Assembly (NCBI GenBank): GCA_951406725.2
Contig: OX597815.1
Span: 159,650,001 to 159,714,000, forward strand
DNA length: 64,000 nt
Origin: Octopus vulgaris
Taxonomy: Eukaryota
Direction of reading: 5' to 3'
Shown: piece after piece, positions 25,273 to 37,348 of the stretch
How the letters are laid out: the number at the start of each line of letters is the position of its first letter
How positions within the stretch are numbered: position 1 is the first letter of the stretch
The notes under the pieces: generated by a model
Told to the model about the DNA's origin: nothing
The model's database searches: none
Seen by the model: the letters and a program-made list of their open reading frames with translations, nothing else
Translations under genes and position numbers: made by a program

Positions 25273-26062
25273 TGACTACCGAGTAATGTAACATATTGTA
25301 TAGATAAATTTCCTCTATTTACATAATATTGAGGTCTCTTTCTTTCTTTTGTTATCTTACCGTTTTATCAATATATATATATATATATATATATAGATAT
25401 GTGCGTATGTATATATTTAATACTTCTTATATATATTCTTCAGTGAATTGTGTTATGAACAACATAAATGAAATAAGTGTTATATGTATGATAGACTACC
25501 CATAGTTTATGAGTTAGTTGTCTTGCACTTAATGCACATAATATAATGCCTTCTGTTTCATTCCATAGTTCCAGCATTACATACTTAAACTGTAGCAAAA
25601 TACTGTTATAGAATTTATAAAAAGACAAATGTATGTGCATCACTAATATGATTGTTTAATCCATTGCTTTCCCTCGTTTTTGCTATTGTTTTTGTTTAGA
25701 CCCAGGTTAACCCTAATGAAACAGATCGAAACCATTTCATCTGTGACCATTCCATCTTTTATTTTTATGCAGAGAACTCAGGACAATATTATCCAATGTG
25801 TGTTTGGTTGATTTGATTATATTATTGAAGAATATCTGTAGAATTTACCTCATTTTAATGATATTCTTTTACTCAATCTTTCTCCCCCACATCTCTCACT
25901 CTTATTTATGTATGTATATATATATATATATATATATATAGTTATGGGATGTGAAGGCACATGGCTCAGTGGTTGGAGCATCGATCTTACGATCATGAGG
26001 TTGTGAGTTCGATTCCTGGACCAGGCTGTGTGTTGTATACACATTCCTTCGGTTCACTCAGC

Positions 26063-26276
26063 TGTGAGGCAGTTGTCCAATGCTCAGATGAGTAGGAGGG
26101 CACTGCAGTGAGCACAGAACCTTTGTCTACTTTGATCTTTGAAGGCCTCATTTGCATATTTGCTTCTATAACTGAAAGCTGCGCCTATGCTCATCTTCAC
26201 CTGGGCTCATGCATACAGATTCAATGCTCACTGCAGTGCCCTCCTACTCATCTGAGCATTGGACAACTGCCTCACA
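26063..26276. repeat. Perfect 52-bp inverted repeat (MITE-like hairpin, TGT...ACA ends)
   Basis: 26063-26114 is the exact reverse complement of 26225-26276; 110-bp spacer. Confidence 0.9.
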
Positions 26277-27394
26277 AATTATCATGCAACTTGTTACCAA
26301 GCCCGTCCAACATTGGCTGTTCATTCCACTGCCATCCATTTTCAGAGAGAGGTAGATATATTTACTTACTTATCTCATTTGAAAATTTCTTACTTATGGG
26401 AAATAGAGATGGTCATTCATTGAGAAAATGAAGAATTTTATTGAGCATAAACTTTGGAGCAACTTGGTAAAAAAGGGACTGGTGTAGAGCTAAGGCGTTG
26501 AGCAGCTTGACATGTTCTTTAATTCAGATATTGGTACTATCATCCCATGTCACATATGAACAGCGTGTACTTAATTTGTTTGTTTCATTCAGTTTGTCCT
26601 CAGATTGGATGAAAACCCAGGTTCTACTCCTACTTAATAGCTGTGTGTTTGGCAGTAGAAGGGACATCCAACTATAAAATTAATTGCTCTAACTAATAAA
26701 CCATCTCTTGTTAATAATGCAAGCATTGAAAAATTGATATAAAATAGAAGGAAGACAACAGTGTTCAGGTTGCTGTTGTTGTTGATGTTGTTATTTAGCC
26801 CCGGGTCAGATTTGATTGCACAGAACTATGATCAAAGGTATTCCAGCTTTGTAGGAGCCAAACTGGCAGAATCATTAGAGCATCAGATTGAATGTTTTAC
26901 AGTAATTGTTTTAGCTCTCTGGGTTCAAATCCAGCCTCAGTCAGCTTTGTTTACATTTTTTTCTTCTTTTTTATGGTTGGGTATGCACCATAACTAATAT
27001 ACCAGTTCATAGGAGTAGAACAGGAGAATTGATAGCTACCTTGATCCAAATATTTGTGTCCTGAGTTCAAATTTCACCAAGGTAATAATGGCTAGGATTA
27101 ATCATTGACCATAATTGCACCTCCCCCACATTTAACCAGCAATTAGCCAGCAAAGACAAGTAGACCAGCAACCAGTGTAGAGACGCTGGCAACTGCATGC
27201 TGATGCTTCAACCTATAACAGATTGAAAATTGACAGGAATATACAATGTATCCTTCTTTTCGAGATTGTAAGATATTATTTGAGGGAATTTAACTGTTAT
27301 TTCTAGCAGGTCAATTAGTCACATAGATGCTGTCTCTCTTTGGATTTGCAAGAAAGAAAACATTCCTCTAGATACCGGCAATGTTTATTCAAAC

Positions 27395-27593
27395 CATATC
27401 AAGACAATTACCCCTCCAGACAATTCCCCCCCAACAACTACCCTCAGGACAATTATTCCCTTTGGTTAATTACCCCCTTCAATATATTTAGAAGTTTTAG
27501 ATCATCATATTGCTGTCCTCAGGAGTAATTGTCCTTGGGGGTGTTATTGTCCATGGGGAGTTATTGTCCTTAGGGTGTAAATGTCCTAGACTC
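27395..27593. mobile_element. MULE/Foldback-like MITE built from acaattaccc units
   Basis: Left half has tandem (g)acaatt/ctaccc units, right half has inverted ta(a/t)ttgtcc units; direct repeat attcaaac at 27387-27394 and 27594-27601. Confidence 0.55.
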
Positions 27594-28889
27594 ATTCAAA
27601 CACAAACCTAATCCATTTTAGTATCTTACAAGATTTAACAGTGATGGTACAGTAATTGAATATAATTAATTACCACTCCATCGGTTACAACAACAAGGGT
27701 TCAAGTTTATCCGATCAACAGAACATTCTGCTCGTGAAATTAACATGCATGTGACTGAGCACTCCACAGACATGTGTACCCTTTATGTAATTCTCAGGGA
27801 AATTCAGGGAGACACACAGAGTGTGTCAAGGCCGACCCTTTGAAATTCAGGTACTACTCATCTTTGCCAGTTGAATGAACTGGAGTAATGTGAAATAAAG
27901 TGTCTTGCTCAAGGACACAATGCATTGCCAGGAATTGAACTCATGACTTTACCATCATGAGCTGAATACCCTAACCACGAAGCCATGTGCCTTCACAATT
28001 GACTATAAGAGTGTCATATATATTATATTTCTTTTATTTTTCACTTGTTTCAGTTATTGGGCTGTGGCAGTGCTGGAGCTCCACTTTTAAAGTTTTAGTC
28101 AAAATTTAGTCAAGCAAATTGGCCCCAGCTCAATTTTTTTTAATGCCTGATACTTATTCCACTGCTCTCTTTTTTTTTTGTCAAACTAAGCTATGGAGAT
28201 GTAAACAAACTGACACCGGTTTATCAAGTGGTGGTAGTGGTGGTGGACAAACAATAACATAGACACACATGCACATGTATACATACATAGACACACACAC
28301 GCATGCACACATGCATGTTTATACAAACACACACATACATACAAACACATACACACACATGTACATACATGCATGCATGCATACATAAATACATACATAC
28401 TTGATGCATCTCTTTCAGTTTCCATCTACCAAATTCGCTTATAAGACTTTGGTCAGCCAAAAGAATAGTAGTTGAGTAGAAGACACTTGCTTAAGGTACC
28501 ACACACTGGGATTGAACCTGAAACAATATGTGTTGGAAGCAAATTTCTTACCGAACAGCCATGCTTGCGCCTATACAGAATGTTATTAGGAGAAATATAG
28601 AGACTTTACAGGAATATCTTATTGCAGAAGCTCATAAAAGGCTGTGTAAGAGAAATTGTAATATTCTGAAAGCAGAAGCAATTTCAAATCAATCAGTAAA
28701 GTGATTAGTAAATTCTAAGAGTAACATCAAATGTATCTTTCTTGTTTGTTTTTGCTGCAAAGCTAAATCTGCTGTAACTTTTTAAAGAAACTGTTTACAC
28801 TGGAATTGGTATTGTGTATGGATGTCTGTAGATTTGTGTGTACATATGTGTGTCTGTGTGTATGGTACGTTACATGGAAACATGCTACT

Positions 28890-29004
28890 ATGAAAATTCC
28901 AAGGTCTGGCAGTTCAAGGAAAACAAGCTATGACTATAGAAAGAGTTCCTTGTTTGTGAAACCCAAACAGCATTTGGATGAAGATGCTATGAGTTTCAAG
29001 TCAG
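28890..29004 (+). CDS. Possible alternative first coding exon of a host gene
   Basis: Unique sequence; ATG-initiated MKIPRSGSSRKTSYDYRKSSLFVKPKQHLDEDAMSFKS ending at a strong donor CAG|GTAAGA (phase 1); no homology recognised. Confidence 0.25.
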
Positions 29005-29089
29005 GTAAGATGGCACAAATTGATCTGGAACTAAGAGAGAAAGTTTACCAAAGCACTTCCTCTGGAAATAACAACAGAAGAAATTAAGA

Positions 29090-29445
29090 CTGGCGATGCC
29101 ATATCAATGGGATAAGGGTTGCAGAGTTGAAGCAAGAGAGGGACCAGTTAAATTAGAGACTTGCAGGAAGGTCATTGATGTAGAGGAGAAATAGAATTAG
29201 ACCAAAAATAGAGCCCTGAGGAATGCCAGCTTTAATGGAATATTCAGAAGAAGTAGCGCCATCCAGAGTTACACACACACACATGCAATGACCAGAAAGG
29301 GGTGACCTGATAATCTGAAAGACCTCTCCACGTACACCATAGGCAGTGAGATTATGGAGCAAACCAGCATACCAACCTCTATCAGAGGTTTTGGATATAT
29401 CAAGAACTATAGCACGACCCTCTCCTGAAGTACTGGTTTCAGCCA
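29090..29445 (-). pseudogene. CR1/L2/Jockey-group LINE RT fragment
   Basis: AIVLDISKTSDRGWYAGLLHNL...AGIPQGSIFGLILFLLYINDLP (RT motifs A and B'). Confidence 0.85.
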
Positions 29446-30159
29446 TTGGTCTATGACCATCCTGGGACACTGCTCCCAACCCCAGTACTTATATTCAGTT
29501 TGGTATTTCATATATGAACAGTTGATGAAGTCTATTGTCAGAACCTAAAGTGGTTGAATGTTCTTGAATAAGAATTTATTTGTTAGACAAAATTAAGTGT
29601 TACGGATGATTGCTTGATTCTGGAAGGATATCTAGCTTGTTCTTACTATTCATGGAAGCATATCTAATATTTATTTATTTTTGTTCATCTTAACATATTT
29701 GTTTCTGATATGGATTTAACTGCATCTTCTTTGTTCAATTCATATACTTCAGTTATTTCTATCAGTCAGTTTCACAAATGCATTATCTCTCCTGTGAACA
29801 CATTGTAATATAAACCAGCATTTGTCAGAATGTTCTCTTTGGATTGTTTGTAATATACTTTCTGGTTGTAATTCACATTTCACTTATATCAAGTGCACTT
29901 GAGTGTGATGTGGTTAAAATTGTTGTAGAATGATTAATTATTTCTGCATTAAGCAACAGAAATTAACTGACTTGCTCAATGGAATTAGTGAAATAAGTGA
30001 AACTGAGAAGCTGCTTTATGAAACACAAATGTATCTTGAGATATTTAAATTAACAAATCACCAGAGACCTTTCAATCTAACTGCAGTGAAGATAAACACA
30101 ATATTAAGATATTGAAAATATCTTAACATTGAAATATATATTATTGTTATCTATAATAA

Positions 30160-30331
30160 TAGGCATAGGCTGTGTGGTAAGTAGCTTGCTTATGAACCAC
30201 ATGGTTCCGGGTTCAGTCCCACTGTGTGGCACCTTGGGCAAGTGTCTTCTACTATAGTCACAGGCTGACCAAAGCCTTGTGAGTGGATTTGGTAGACGGA
30301 AACTGAAAGAAGCCCGTCATATATATGTATG

Positions 30332-30366
<35 letters not shown>

Positions 30367-30585
30367 GTGTGTATATGTTTGTGTGTCTGTGTTTGTCTCC
30401 CCAACATCGTTTGAGAACCGATGCTGGTGTGTTTATGTCCCCGTAACTTTGCGGTTCGGCAAAAGAGACCGATAGAATAAGTACTAGGCTTACAAAGAAT
30501 AAGTTCTGGGGTCGATTTGCTCGACTAAAGGCAGTGCTCCAGCATGGCCACAGTCAAATGACTGAAACAAATAAAAGAGTAAGAG
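30160..30585 (+). mobile_element. Full-length young SINE family A
   Basis: Complete head, central microsatellite and tail; retains CpGs. Confidence 0.85.
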
Positions 30586-31578
30586 TATACCAAAATACTA
30601 GTACCAATTTGACAAGCATCATACATGATAGAATGGCTACTTACAAGGCAACCTCACTAATGCTGGTGTTGTTGTTATACTGAAATGCATCCAGTACCCT
30701 TTGTCAAGTGAATGGAGATAACATAGGATTACGAGGACCCTTAAGCTGTATCAAGGTCATGTCGACTTCTCTGGCACTGGTACCATGATAAATGTACATG
30801 GTATACTCTGAATAGTGGTTCATATTAAGAATGAAACCAAGCTGTAGAAACTGAGCCAAAATGTAATGTAAAAGCAAAACATGGTCACTTCAAATTAGAA
30901 CTGATTCTACCATGTCACCTTATCTAACTGCTGTCAGTGTGAAAAGCAAATGTGAAACAATAATACTGCATTTTCTGATATACAGATAGAATTTTTCAAA
31001 CCAAAATTTACAGCTAAAAAAGGTAGGTTGACTTATACAGTAAGATGATTATGGAGAATCAAAAATTGTCAAATGCACAGGATTTGGAAAGATAATTATA
31101 ATGTTTGAATGGTTACACTACATATATATACTACTATGACAACCTGTATACCTGTATGCAAGTAAATGCAGTAATAATGATGGAGGTGGTAGTTGTGGTG
31201 GTGATGTTGGCTGCATCATCTGCATTGTTGGCATTTTAAATATCTTGAAGTATAATCTTCTGTTGCAGAATGTTTTATGCCTGAAAATAGATTTATCTAT
31301 AACCCTTGATAATTATTCTTTTACAGGTAAATAATCAAAAGTCGGTTTTAATCAGCTGTTTTTAACTTAATCTTTGTTGTGAGTAAATTTAAACTTGCTG
31401 CCATTTTGATTAAAAAAGTTATATGATCAATACATATTTCGAAATAAACAGCAGGTTAAATTTTGAAGAAACACAAATAAGGATTCTATAAAATCATAAA
31501 ATGAAATAAAATAAAAGTATGTTGTTTTGTTCAATTGCTCTAATCATTTATTTTTTTTTTTTTTTTTTTGTTGATATA

Positions 31579-32777
31579 TTGGGTTGGCAACTAAGTCCCC
31601 ACCATTTAAAAAAAATTTTGGAATCTATTTTTATTGAGAATTCTATTTTTGAATCATTTTGGAATCTATTTTGTTTTGTTTTTTTCTAGTTAATTTTAAT
31701 TAATTTTTTTTTATTTACACATCATTAAAATGGAATGTCAAGTTAAGAAAAATGAGCATTTTCGACACCCCCTTCTTTTTGCTTTTAATCAAGGTTCTAA
31801 GGTTGCAAAAGCTGCTCACGACATTTGTGTTGTGTATGGAGAGGGTGCCATAGCTGAAGAACCAAGTCCAAAAACGGAAATTTTGACCTCAAAGATGCCC
31901 CTTGTTCTGGCCATCCAGTTGAGTTCAATGAAGAGCGATTAAACCAACTTTTGCACAAAAATTCTCAAACAGCAAGGGAACTAGCAGAGAAAATGGAATG
32001 TTCCCACACTGCTATAGTGAAGCATCTTCACTCGATGGGAATGGTTCAGAAGTATGGGGCATAGGTTCCGCATGCTTTAAGTGACAACAATAAAAGCCAT
32101 CAACTCATGGACACAAGCAATGATTTCTTTACCGAATTGTTACTGGTGATGAAAAATGGTGCCTGTATATTCAATATCAAGCAGTGTAAAGAATGGCTTA
32201 GCCCCGATAAGCAAGTAACATCGTGCATGAAACAAGATCTTCATCTGCATAAAACGATGTTGTGTGTGTGATGGGACTGGGAAGGGATTATCCATTATGA
32301 ATTGCTTGAACAGAACCAAACCGTCAATGTGGAACTCTATGTCCAACAGATGGAATGACTCAACATGGTTATTCTAGAGAAAAGACCTAATCGGCAGCAT
32401 GGAGTTCTTCTGCTGCACAACAATGCCTGCCTTCATATCACCAATATCACCAAGGAAACCATTCAAATGCATGGCTGGGAAGTGTGGCCACACCAGCCTT
32501 ACTCTCTTGATTTGACACCAATGGATTTCCATCTCTTTTAAATGCTATGCGCAGAGTTTTGTTCAATTCTGATGCAGCATTGAGAGCTTGGTTGGATCAA
32601 TTTTTCGAGTTGAACTTGGGTGATTTCTACCAATGAGGTATTGAAAATCTTTTTGAACGTTGGAAAGAAGTTGTAAACAACAAGGGTCATACATTATTGA
32701 TTAATTAGTTATTTTTTATTAAACCTTTTCAAAAATTTAAATTTAAAAAAATGGCGAGAACTTAGTTGCCAACCTAA
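31579..32777 (+). mobile_element. Mariner, mellifera-subfamily-like, decayed
   Basis: TA|ttgggttggcaactaagt ... acttagttgccaacctaa|TA. Confidence 0.92.
31730..32704 (+). pseudogene. Mariner transposase pseudogene
   Basis: MECQVKKNEHFRHPLLFAF..., IVTGDEKWCLY, LLLHNNA, HQPYSLDLTPMDFHLF; frameshifted. Confidence 0.9.
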
Positions 32778-32851
32778 TAATTTATTTGTTCGTAAGTTCT
32801 CGTTATTTGACACTTATTTTAATTTTGTTGTTGTGATTTGATTATTTTTAG

Positions 32852-33024
32852 GCTAAAATCGTCCATGTTGAGATTGACGGTCACACAATTTCTCCTCCTG
32901 ATGGTTATTTGCTAAGAAAAGGTTTAGGCAGCTGTCCATTTGATTTTGGCCAGGAAATTTCCTTTTCATCAACTGGTCATCTCTCATTTGGTTCTAAGAG
33001 TCCTAATGCTGTCAAAGATAGAAG
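32852..33024 (+). CDS. Internal coding exon of a host gene, possibly the N-terminal region of a PDE7-like cAMP phosphodiesterase
   Basis: Acceptor ttttag| and donor AG|gtaatc; only one frame is open: AKIVHVEIDGHTISPPDGYLLRKGLGSCPFDFGQEISFSSTGHLSFGSKSPNAVKDR(R). The end resembles ISFSSSSALFGCPNPRQLSQRR of vertebrate PDE7A as recalled, not verified. Confidence 0.5.
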
Positions 33025-33331
33025 GTAATCAATTTTATTAATTTTTTTTGTTTTCTTTTTTCGTTGGGATAGTTTCAAAAAGATTTCTTCTTTTATTCTT
33101 TACCTTTTGTTCTTTTACTTGTTTCAGTCATTTGAAAGCAGCCATACTGGAGCATCGCATTTTAGTCAAAGAAATCGACTCCAGGACTTATTCTTTGTAA
33201 GCCTGGTATTTATTCTATCAGTCTCTTTTGCCGAACTGCTAAGTTATGAGGATGTAAACACATGAACATTAGTTATCAAGCGATGATGGGGTGGGGGGAC
33301 AAACACAGACACAAAGACACACATAAATATA

Positions 33332-33367
<36 letters not shown>

Positions 33368-33533
33368 TATATATGATGGGCTTCTTTCAGTTTCCATCTA
33401 CCAAATCCACTCACAAAGCTTTGGTCAGCCCGAGGATGCAGTAGAAGACACTTGCTCATGGTGTCATGCTGTGGGACTGAACCCAGAACTATGTGGTTGG
33501 GAAGCAAACTTCTTCATTCATGGATGTTATGAG

Positions 33534-33750
33534 CAGGGCCAGATTTATGTATAGGCCAATATGAACTATGACCCAGAGGCCCTTTTAACTCAGAGAAGCC
33601 TAAAATTTGGTGTTAAAATTTTTTTAATATATTTACAGCACCCAAATAAATTATTTGCAAATTTTTTTACTTGTTTCAATTTAAAAAAAAAAATATTCAG
33701 TTCTCTTTTGATTTATCATAGAGGCCCCTCTAGATCTAAATCTGGCCCAG
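33534..33750. mobile_element. hAT-like MITE
   Basis: Terminal inverted repeats cagggccagattta / taaatctggcccag; TSD degenerate. Confidence 0.5.
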
Positions 33751-33784
33751 CTTCTGAAGGACATCAGATGCACTAATAATAAAT

Positions 33785-34130
33785 CATAGCTCAGTGGTTA
33801 GAGCATTGGGCTCATAGCCTTGAGGTAGTGAGTTCAACTCCTGGACTTGGCTGTGTGTTGTGTTCTTGAGCAAGACACTTTATTTCATTTTGCACCAGTT
33901 CACTGAACTGTAGAAATGAGTTGTGATGTCACTGGTGCTAAGCTGTATCAGCCTTTGCCTTTCCCTTGGATAACATCAGTAGCATAGAGAGGAGAGACTA
34001 GTATGCATGGTTGACTGCATGGTATGCATGAGTATCTTTCATAAACAGCCTTGCTCAGACTTGTGCCTTGGAGGGTAACTTTGTAGGTGCAATCCCACTG
34101 TTATTCATGACTGAAGGGAGATTTTACCTT
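33785..34130 (+). mobile_element. SINE family E
   Basis: tagctcagtggttagagc (A-box), gagttcaactc (B-box), gtgttcttgagcaagacactt core. Confidence 0.75.
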
Positions 34131-35212
34131 TTTACAGATTATAGTCGACATGATAAAATATTCTATAGAAAAAAAAACAAAAAGAAAAACTGGAGTTTGT
34201 ATCATTTGGATGAAGTTACGCTTGTTTTTATCACTCCTGAAATTACAGAGTGAAGTTTCACTTTGAAATGCTTTCCATTTGATCAGTGATTTTGTTTCAG
34301 CTGTTCTGAAGCATTTTGCCATCTGTGACTAAGAGCAGTTTTGTACTGCATTGGAGAAGTGATTGACCAAATCATGCTGAGTATAGAAAATGTTCTTGCC
34401 TGCATATCTCTAGTCTTTTACTTGTTTCAGTCATTGAATTGCAGCCATGCTGGGGCAACATCTTGAAGGGTTTAGTTGAACAAATTGACCCCAGTACTTA
34501 TTTTTTAAGTTTGACGCTTATTCTATAGCCAAATTGCTAAGTTATGGGGACATAAACAAACCAATGTGGGTTACCCCCACCCCCACCCTCTACACATATA
34601 CAAGGTGTTCCTTTGAGTTTCTGTTTTCCAAATCCATTCACAAGGCTTTGGTTGGTCCCAGATATAGTAGAAGATACTTGCTCAAGATACCACACAGTGG
34701 GACTAAACCCAGGGCCACATGGTTGGGAACCAATCTTCTTAACCACACAGCCAATGGATATAAATATGTATATGTATATACTGAAATATGCCTACATATA
34801 TATATATGTGTGTGTGTGTGTGTGTAAACAGGTTTCAAATTTTGGTACTAGGCCAGCAAGTTTGCAGCAGGGGTTAAATCAGTTACATCAACCCCAGTGC
34901 TCAACTGATGCCTGTTATATAAAAGCTTGAAAGGATGAAAGACAATGTCAACCTTGGTGGAATTTGAACTCAGAACATAAAAGATGGATGAAATGCCACT
35001 AAGCAATTTGCCTGGTGTTCTGACAATTCTGCCAGCTCACTGCCATATGTAAATTATTTGTTAATATGTGTAATATGTGAAGGCAGTGAGCTGGCACCAG
35101 TTGAGTACTGGGCTGAATGTAATTCACTTACCCCTCCCGTCAAATTACAGGCCTTGGGCAAAAATTTGACATCAATATGCATAATATGTTTTTAGAATTT
35201 GAAATGTATTTA

Positions 35213-36467
35213 TCAGGTCATTAAGAATGAAATATCTGATTTTGAACTGAAAGTTTATTTCACTTTATCTCAACAAAAAGCAATGTAGTTAATCAAAGTA
35301 TGCACCTAAATTATCAACGCAATTTTGCCATTTTACCAGTAGCTCATTTTTGCTGGCAGCAAAGAATTCTGAAGAGCAAGAGGTGATGAAATCATGAAAG
35401 GCTGTTTTTGCATCTTCAGATTTGAAGTTTTTTCCTCACAAAAAGTTGTCTAATATGTGGAAAGCATGATAGTCAGTTGGTGCAAGGTCTGGTGAATATG
35501 TTGGATGACAGAGTACTTCAGAGTTCAGTTCTTTTAATGTCAGTAGTGTTCTTTGTGCAACATGTGGTCAAGCATTGTCTTACAAGAGAATTGGCCTGTC
35601 TCTATTGACCAATCTCAGTTGTTTAATTGCAAGTTCACTGATCATTTCATCTAGTTGGTTGATATATACATCTGCTGTTATTGACTTACCAGATTTCATG
35701 AAGCTGTAGTGGATGACACCAGCACTGGACCACCAAACAGACACCATTAGCTTTTTTAGTGAATATTCTTTTTTGGATTTTGTTTTGGCGCTTTACTTCT
35801 ATCTAACCACCATGCATATGGTTACTATTGTTGAAAATAATTCATTTTTCATCACACATGATAATATGATGCAAAGGTGTTTTGCATTTATGCTGTGACA
35901 GCAATGAACTGCAAGTTTCAAGCCAACGTATCATTTGATGCTTGTTCAGTTCATGTGGTATCCATTTGTTCGGTTTCTTTAATTGCCAATTTATTTCAGA
36001 TGGCCCAATACAGTTGGAATTAAAATATCAAACCTTGCTGCTAACTCACATGTAGTTTGAGATGTATCCACTTCCATTACAGTTTCCAGCTTATCATTAT
36101 CTACCTTGGTTGATTTTCAAGAGTAAAGTCACCAGAATGGAACTTCTCAAACCATCGACGTACAGTGTGCTCTTTGCCACATGTCCACCAAGCACTCATT
36201 GATGTTTCAAGCTGTCTGGGATGCATTCATTCCATGACATAACTCATATTCGTTAACGAATTTTTTATCTATCCATGGGTTCACAAAAATTGATTTACAA
36301 GAGAAAACTCACACTATAATCAGACACTGTGAAGTGCATTTCGAAAAGTGATGATGTAAGTCTTCAATGTTGTAAAAACAAAGAATTGCCAGGGTAAAAA
36401 CATTAGAGTTAACACCTGTCAAACTTGGTGCTGAAGAAAATCAGACATTTCATTCTTAATGGCCTGA
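35213..36467 (-). mobile_element. Decayed mariner
   Basis: TA|tcaggtcattaagaatgaaatatctgattt ... aaatcagacatttcattcttaatggcctga|TA; the minus strand encodes YSPDLAPTDYHAFHILD at ~35450-35500. Confidence 0.9.
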
Positions 36468-37348
36468 TATTTTTGTTTGCCATGAAATACAGATGTCTAG
36501 AGACAATTTCTTTGGATTAGAAGGTTGATGGCTATATAGTGACGTATATAAGGATACTATATTATATAGTATATAAAAATACTATATCATTTAGGATTAC
36601 AGTCTGGAGCGACTATACATACACCCTTTCTCTTGAAGAAAAGGTGAACCCAACTAATTAATGGCTATTCTCAAGTGATTAAAAAAAAAGCAAGCAAGGA
36701 TTAATTTGAAAGACTCTAAAACTTTATTGCTGTAGTACCATGTAGCTTTTTTTACTGAATTTGTCCATTGGTAGCCACCACAAGAAGCCTTCTGTTGTAA
36801 CAATTATTTTTGAGTTGTTTGTGAAATTTAAGCTGAAGATGTGATGTTGCTGAAGATGTTTGAAATTGGTATTACATTGTCAGTTATTGAGATTACAGAA
36901 ATGAAGTGAGCATTAATATCAGAATAATTAAATTGTAATTGCTGCTTCTGTTGTTTTGACGATAACTGTTTTTGAAGTGAAGAGTAGTTTGTCCACAAGT
37001 ATTATGAGGCAAATTACAAGTTTTATTTGTCTGTAATGCAAAATGTTTGTCTTTGTCATGCAAAATCATCTCCATCATCATCATTTAAAATTTGTTTTCT
37101 ATATTGGCATGGGTTGGACTGTTTGGCTGAGGTCTGGAGAGCCAGCAGCTACACCAGACTCCAATCTGATCTGGCAATGTTTCTTATTTCTTTATTGTCC
37201 ACAAGGAGCTAAACACAGAGAGGACAAACAAGGCAGACAAAGGTATTAAGTCAATTACATTGACCGCAGTGCATAACTGGCACTCAATTTATCGACCCCA
37301 AAAGAATGAAAGGCAAAGTCGACCTCGGCAAAGTCGACCTCGGCAAAG

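Larger units (their letters stand above)
21610..25371. mobile_element. Penelope-like element (probably Hydra clade): 5'-truncated sense copy preceded by an inverted copy
   Basis: Arms 21610-23293 and 23623-25306 are reverse complements (coordinates sum to 46916); unique spacer 23294-23622; (TA)n on both flanks; RT plus GIY-YIG ORF. Confidence 0.93.

Noticed and set aside
21610-25306. DNA transposon or Polinton-like element with long terminal inverted repeats
   Set aside because: The arms encode RT and GIY-YIG, and the spacer is a continuation of the same ORF; there is no transposase or integrase.
25950-26030. tRNA genes at SINE heads
   Set aside because: A and B boxes are present, but no convincing cloverleaf, and each continues into a repeat body.
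27395-27593. CRISPR-like spaced repeats
   Set aside because: Short degenerate units that invert halfway, no unique spacers, no cas genes, and a eukaryotic context.
31269-31326. 58-nt exon bridging 29004 and 32852
   Set aside because: The only open frame has phases (0 in, 1 out) incompatible with both neighbours.
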